Positions 60,262 through 64,000 of a stretch of 64,000 nt of DNA are shown here, piece after piece. The notes beneath the pieces are model-generated. The model searched no databases. It worked only from the letters and a program-made list of their open reading frames with translations, and was not told the origin of the DNA. The stretch is taken from the NCBI GenBank assembly GCA_965205215.1, contig OZ242041.1, positions 1,824,001 to 1,888,000 on the forward strand. The letters are read 5' to 3'. A program made the translations under genes and the position numbers. The stretch is from Nitrosopumilus sp. Lineage in GTDB: Archaea; Thermoproteota; Nitrososphaeria; Nitrososphaerales; Nitrosopumilaceae. The first letter of the stretch is position 1; each line of letters starts with the position of its first letter.

Positions 60262-61713
60262 ATGGATTGCCGTTACTGGATGGCGGCGGCAGCGTGCTGT
60301 ACCTTGCTATGCGCCGGGGCCATGGCAGCGTACGTAACCCACAGCGGCGGCCACGGCGGCGGCAGCAGCAGTGTACTGCAAGACTATCATGATTATGCGC
60401 AGAGCGCGTTTGCAGACGCCGAGGATGGGCAGCCACTGCCGTCTTCTGAGACGAACCTCGAGCCACCAAAAAAACAGACAGAGTCTGGCGTCATGCCGCA
60501 CGACGTCACATGCCGTGCGCATCACGTGCTTGCAATCAGGGTGAGCCAAGAGCCGGTGTGCGTCACGCCAAGAACCGCGGAGATACTGGTAGAGAGGGGC
60601 ATAATCGAGAGGATAGTAGGACCCAGCACGGCCACCGCCGGGACCGCATCAGAGGAGACAGACCGGGCGCAGGGCGGAGCGGGGGCCGGCGCAGGCGAGT
60701 CACGCGGGGCTCCGCCAGGAGACGGCCACGGCACGTCCCTTGGCGCGGACAACTCCACAAGCGGAGCTGCAGTGGGCGGCAACAGCGGCGCCATAACTGG
60801 CAGCAACGCGACAACCGGCGCGGCGGATGCCGTCGGGGGCCCGGAGTCTGGGGCCCAGACGCCACACGCGGAGCAGAACAGTACGGATAGCACCACTGCA
60901 GGGCCGGAATCAGGGGCGGTGGCAGAACCGGCCACCAATTCGTCATCATCGCCGTCAGCGTCACCAACGGCATCAAAGACGGACGAGCAGGAGCGGCGCA
61001 GCGCACACCAGGGCAGCGTCAGTACGATCCCCGCATCAAGCTCGACGGTCTTGAACTTTTACGTCACAGACGACGATCTGAACGTCGCCTCGAACGCGGC
61101 AGAGACCATACCCACAAAGGGGTTGCTCAAGTTTGCCATAAACGGCATTCCAATAGAGGGCCCCGACACCATGACTGAGACGGGCCCCGACACGGGGCAG
61201 TTCCACGTCAGGCTGGAGCTTCCGCCCACGGTAGACGGGCGGCCGATTACCCACAACGACGTGGTGGACGTCACGTATATCGACCAGGCGGGCAGATCGG
61301 GCGAGAGCCAATCTGTCACAAAATCGTTCACGCTCTCAAGCACGTATGCCCACATGCAGTCGGAGGGTGACGGCAAGAAGCGCATAGGGCACGAGTTCAC
61401 GCTCAGGATATACGAGCCTGACGCGAACACGGACTCGAAGGAGGAGAACAGGATACCGCTGAACAGATTCGAGTTCAGGAGCGAGGGCAACATCAGGGTG
61501 ACGCTTGACCACGGCGCGTTTAATGCCAACCGGAGCCACATGGTGGAGACGGGCCCCAACACGGGGACGTTCGAGGTGACGATCAAGATACCGCGCCAGA
61601 TCGACGGCAAGGTCATACACATCGGTGACTGGTACGAGATCACATATTACGACATGTCCACGCCGTCAGGAACCTCAGAGGAGATAGTCCTGAGGGGAGA
61701 GATAGGGGTGTGA
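60262..61713 (+). CDS. Secreted/surface protein with two S-layer-like repeat domains
   Basis: Hydrophobic N-terminus; PPKKQ...C...CV module; S/T/G-rich linker; two repeats (VTDDDLN...ETGPDTGQF...VTYID and IYEPDAN...ETGPNTGTF...ITYYD). Confidence 0.8.
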   Translation: MDCRYWMAAAACCTLLCAGAMAAYVTHSGGHGGGSSSVLQDYHDYAQSAFADAEDGQPLPSSETNLEPPKKQTESGVMPHDVTCRAHHVLAIRVSQEPVCVTPRTAEILVERGIIERIVGPSTATAGTASEETDRAQGGAGAGAGESRGAPPGDGHGTSLGADNSTSGAAVGGNSGAITGSNATTGAADAVGGPESGAQTPHAEQNSTDSTTAGPESGAVAEPATNSSSSPSASPTASKTDEQERRSAHQGSVSTIPASSSTVLNFYVTDDDLNVASNAAETIPTKGLLKFAINGIPIEGPDTMTETGPDTGQFHVRLELPPTVDGRPITHNDVVDVTYIDQAGRSGESQSVTKSFTLSSTYAHMQSEGDGKKRIGHEFTLRIYEPDANTDSKEENRIPLNRFEFRSEGNIRVTLDHGAFNANRSHMVETGPNTGTFEVTIKIPRQIDGKVIHIGDWYEITYYDMSTPSGTSEEIVLRGEIGV

Positions 61714-61759
61714 TGGCGCAGCCCGCAGGGGCCGCGTGCCACTAGCATCACGGCCGTTA

Positions 61760-62227
61760 TCACGACACTGTAATTATTCCGGTCATCCACGGATGGACTA
61801 TGCAGAAATAGTCGTAGGTGCCGGCCTCGTCAAACACGTACTCAAACGAGGCCTCTGGTATGACAAGCCCGGAGTCAAACAGCCCGGTTATGCCCTCCGT
61901 CGACCCGCTGGTTACGGTATGGGCCGCAGTGTCATCGTTGACCCACGTGACGGCGGTGCCGGCTGCCACCTCCAGAGTGTACGGCAGGTAGCAGGTATTG
62001 TCGGCCTTGCATTCAGGAGTGGACGTTCCAAGGGGCATCGAGACGATTGGCGGCGGCGATTCTACAACCTCCACTTCATCGACGGGCGGCAAGTCCAGCA
62101 CCATTGGGGCCGGCACGGGCGCCCTCTCGGCGACAATCTCGTCAGGATCCATCGCGACAAACCCGAGGGATACCGCAACCAAGATGCCCACTGCCGCAAT
62201 CACGCCATAGGAAAAGTTTGCCAGCAG
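61760..62227 (-). CDS. Membrane-anchored plastocyanin/cupredoxin blue-copper protein (probable CTG start)
   Basis: WVNDDTAAHTVTSG and YFCIVHPWM type-1 copper site after an N-terminal TM segment. Confidence 0.92.
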   Translation of the reverse strand: MLANFSYGVIAAVGILVAVSLGFVAMDPDEIVAERAPVPAPMVLDLPPVDEVEVVESPPPIVSMPLGTSTPECKADNTCYLPYTLEVAAGTAVTWVNDDTAAHTVTSGSTEGITGLFDSGLVIPEASFEYVFDEAGTYDYFCIVHPWMTGIITVS

Positions 62228-62228
62228 T

Positions 62229-62717
62229 TCATCCCCCCGTGAGCTTTGCAAACTGCTCGTTTTTGCAGAGCGTCTCCATGAAGCGTATGTTTGAAAGAGC
62301 CACTACGGCGGAGTCCACCACCGGCTTGTCGGGATCCGACAGCGCGCCCTGCAGCGCCTCCTTTGCCTCGCTTGATCCCACCACGCCCAGGGCGATTGCC
62401 GCCTCGTGCCGGACAAAGAGGCTCGGATCGTTGAGGGTGGCGTCGGCAAGGGGCGGTATTCCCGTCGAATGCCCCATCTGGCCCAGCGAAAAGGCCGCCT
62501 CGTGCCGGACCAGCTCGTTCTCGTCGTTCTTTAGAACCCGCGCAATGTACTCGACCTTGTCCTCCCCGCCAAAGTCCACCAGTATGCAGGTGGCCCTGGT
62601 CCTTACCACGTAATCCGGATGGTCCAGGAGATTCACAAAGTATTCGGTGTCGCGCGACTCGTACTTTGACTCCATCTCAGAGAAAAGCGTCATCCTATCC
62701 TCTGGCACTACTTGCAA
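62229..62717 (-). CDS. HEAT-repeat protein resembling half of a deoxyhypusine hydroxylase
   Basis: VRHEAAFSLG and VRHEAAIALG His-Glu HEAT motifs. TTG start inferred from a TATA-like element upstream. Confidence 0.82.
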   Translation of the reverse strand: MQVVPEDRMTLFSEMESKYESRDTEYFVNLLDHPDYVVRTRATCILVDFGGEDKVEYIARVLKNDENELVRHEAAFSLGQMGHSTGIPPLADATLNDPSLFVRHEAAIALGVVGSSEAKEALQGALSDPDKPVVDSAVVALSNIRFMETLCKNEQFAKLTGG

Positions 62718-62929
62718 TTTGGCTTGACGGACTATGCGGCCTATATTAGTTACGCTCATCAGGCGCAGGGCCGCTCACGCGGACCACGGAGAAGAGGCGG
62801 TACATACTGCAGCAGGGCCTGCGGCCGGGCTGCGCCCACCGTCGGCGTCTGACTAACTGGAATGACCAGAGCGCGTACGCGCAGGCAGTGACAAACCGTT
62901 AAATCTCACGCGGCGTCATTGAGAAAAGA

Positions 62930-63050
62930 GGAGGAGTAATCAAGCCTGGCCAAAGCAAGCCGTAACGGCTTTTGGACATGCAGGACTTAAGATCAAACAT
63001 GGGCGATCCTGTCTCTCAGGAGTTCGTGGGTTCAAATCCCGCCTCCTCCA
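62930..63050 (+). tRNA. tRNA-Leu(TAA) with two introns (62956-62977 at position 23/24; 62992-63005 at 37/38)
   Basis: Acceptor stem GGAGGAG/CTCCTCC+A, anticodon arm CAGGA-CTTAAGA-TCCTG, long variable arm and GTGGG-TTCAAAT-CCCGC T arm. Removing both introns gives an 85-nt cloverleaf. Confidence 0.95.
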
Positions 63051-63173
63051 CCTAGAGGTCGCCGGCCTGCATCCGATGGCCACGGACTCGGCGGCATGAG
63101 GGCGCCGCCGCATGGGCTGCAGACGGCCGGCTGCACGTATAGGATTAAACGGTACGTGCAAGACACCCGCGTG

Positions 63174-63488
63174 ATGAAGATGGGCAAACCGCCGGCCTGG
63201 CCCGCCGCATCGTCGACTGCCGTGCCGCTTGCAGGCGTCACATGCATGGTGCTGGGGGCCCTGATCATGACGTTTGACTATCCGCAGATCGAGTACCTGG
63301 GCGGATTTGGCGCGGATGCAGGTGACGCGGTAATGTCGGCCGCAGGTGACGCGGAGCAGAGATCGCTACACGGCCGGCTTGTAACAGAGTTTATCATCGG
63401 GGCCGCAATATTTGGCGCGGGTGCCGTAATGTGCGTACCCAGGGCGGCCTCGGCACTGCTACGCCGCAGCAGGCGGCACGTCAGGTAG
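63174..63488 (+). CDS. Small two-TM hypothetical membrane protein
   Basis: TM, FDYPQI loop, TM; ATTAAAC about 25 nt upstream. Confidence 0.65.
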   Translation: MKMGKPPAWPAASSTAVPLAGVTCMVLGALIMTFDYPQIEYLGGFGADAGDAVMSAAGDAEQRSLHGRLVTEFIIGAAIFGAGAVMCVPRAASALLRRSRRHVR

Positions 63489-64000
63489 CGACACCTCAAA
63501 TCCGGCTGCCGGAACCCTGATCCTATATGCAGACAGTATGGCGGGGTCTATCTCGCCCGCGTATCCTATGACGCGGCGGCGTCCGCGCGCGCGGCCCATG
63601 CCGGCGCCATCGCGTATGATGATGGAGACCTTTGCGCACCTGCCGTCTGCAAACATGTGGTGCATCGCAGGCGCGGTGCGCATCTCCGACGCGTCTGAAA
63701 CGGCCGCGCCAAGGACGGTCTGCAGCACGGACTTTGCCTCTGAAAAGCCCGAGTCGGTGTGCGCCGCGACGGCCGCCACGTGCGTCCTCTCAGACACTGG
63801 GGGGGCATCAACTGCCCGCTTGCTGGAACCCGCCGCCCTGCGCCCGCCCCTCAGGAACACGGTTCCGGTCTCGTACAGCTTCTGGGGGTATTCCTCGTGT
63901 ATGTTCCTGGACAGGTTCTCTACGAGCCCGGGGAGTATCGAGTCGCGCAGCACGGAATGCTCGCGGCTCTTCGAATCGACTGCCGAGATCATGCGGCTCC
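63459..64000 (-). CDS. pheT: Phenylalanine--tRNA ligase beta subunit, C-terminal part; runs off window end
   Basis: LRDSILPGL..LSRN.HEEYPQKLYETG, F.DGRCA, G..GEIDP and GFEV motifs. Confidence 0.9.
   Translation of the reverse strand, partial: SRMISAVDSKSREHSVLRDSILPGLVENLSRNIHEEYPQKLYETGTVFLRGGRRAAGSSKRAVDAPPVSERTHVAAVAAHTDSGFSEAKSVLQTVLGAAVSDASEMRTAPAMHHMFADGRCAKVSIIIRDGAGMGRARGRRRVIGYAGEIDPAILSAYRIRVPAAGFEVSLPDVPPAAA

Noticed and set aside
1-64000. CRISPR arrays, rRNA, transposases, integrases or proviral genes
   Set aside because: No repeat-spacer periodicity, rRNA signatures or mobile-element motifs were seen on either strand.

Overview
High-GC DNA from an ammonia-oxidising archaeon (Nitrososphaerota, Nitrosopumilaceae-like). 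The high GC and many low-complexity protein insertions would fit a host-associated, for example sponge-associated, lineage, but that is inference. Most of the window is archaeal core genome: cobT fragment, nnrE, pgk, the sufB-sufD-Rieske-sufS-iscU operon, DEAD-box helicase, truD, pth2, EF-1beta, CDC48, heme O synthase, H+-PPase, Mrp, rpoE'/spt4, nadC/nadA/nadX, tRNA-Leu(TAA) and a pheT fragment. Two accessory clusters stand out. The first is a polyphosphate cluster (sixA, ppx, two thymidylate-kinase-like paralogues, CHAD) with no ppk1/ppk2 in it, where the kinase pair is the candidate heteromeric polyP kinase. The second is a tightly packed three-gene operon: a D-Ala-D-Ala-ligase-like ATP-grasp fused to a degenerate M20 peptidase, a gamma-glutamyltransferase with altered substrate motifs, and an N-formylglutamate amidohydrolase. 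It looks like an uncharacterised make-and-break pathway for a small acyl/glutamyl peptide. Also noted: a tRNA with two BHB introns, three likely CTG starts, tandem DtxR-like boxes upstream of sufB, a small Cys/His ORF missed by the ORF track, and pervasive trinucleotide expansions. No CRISPR array, rRNA or transposase was recognised. All product calls come from motif recognition, not database searches.
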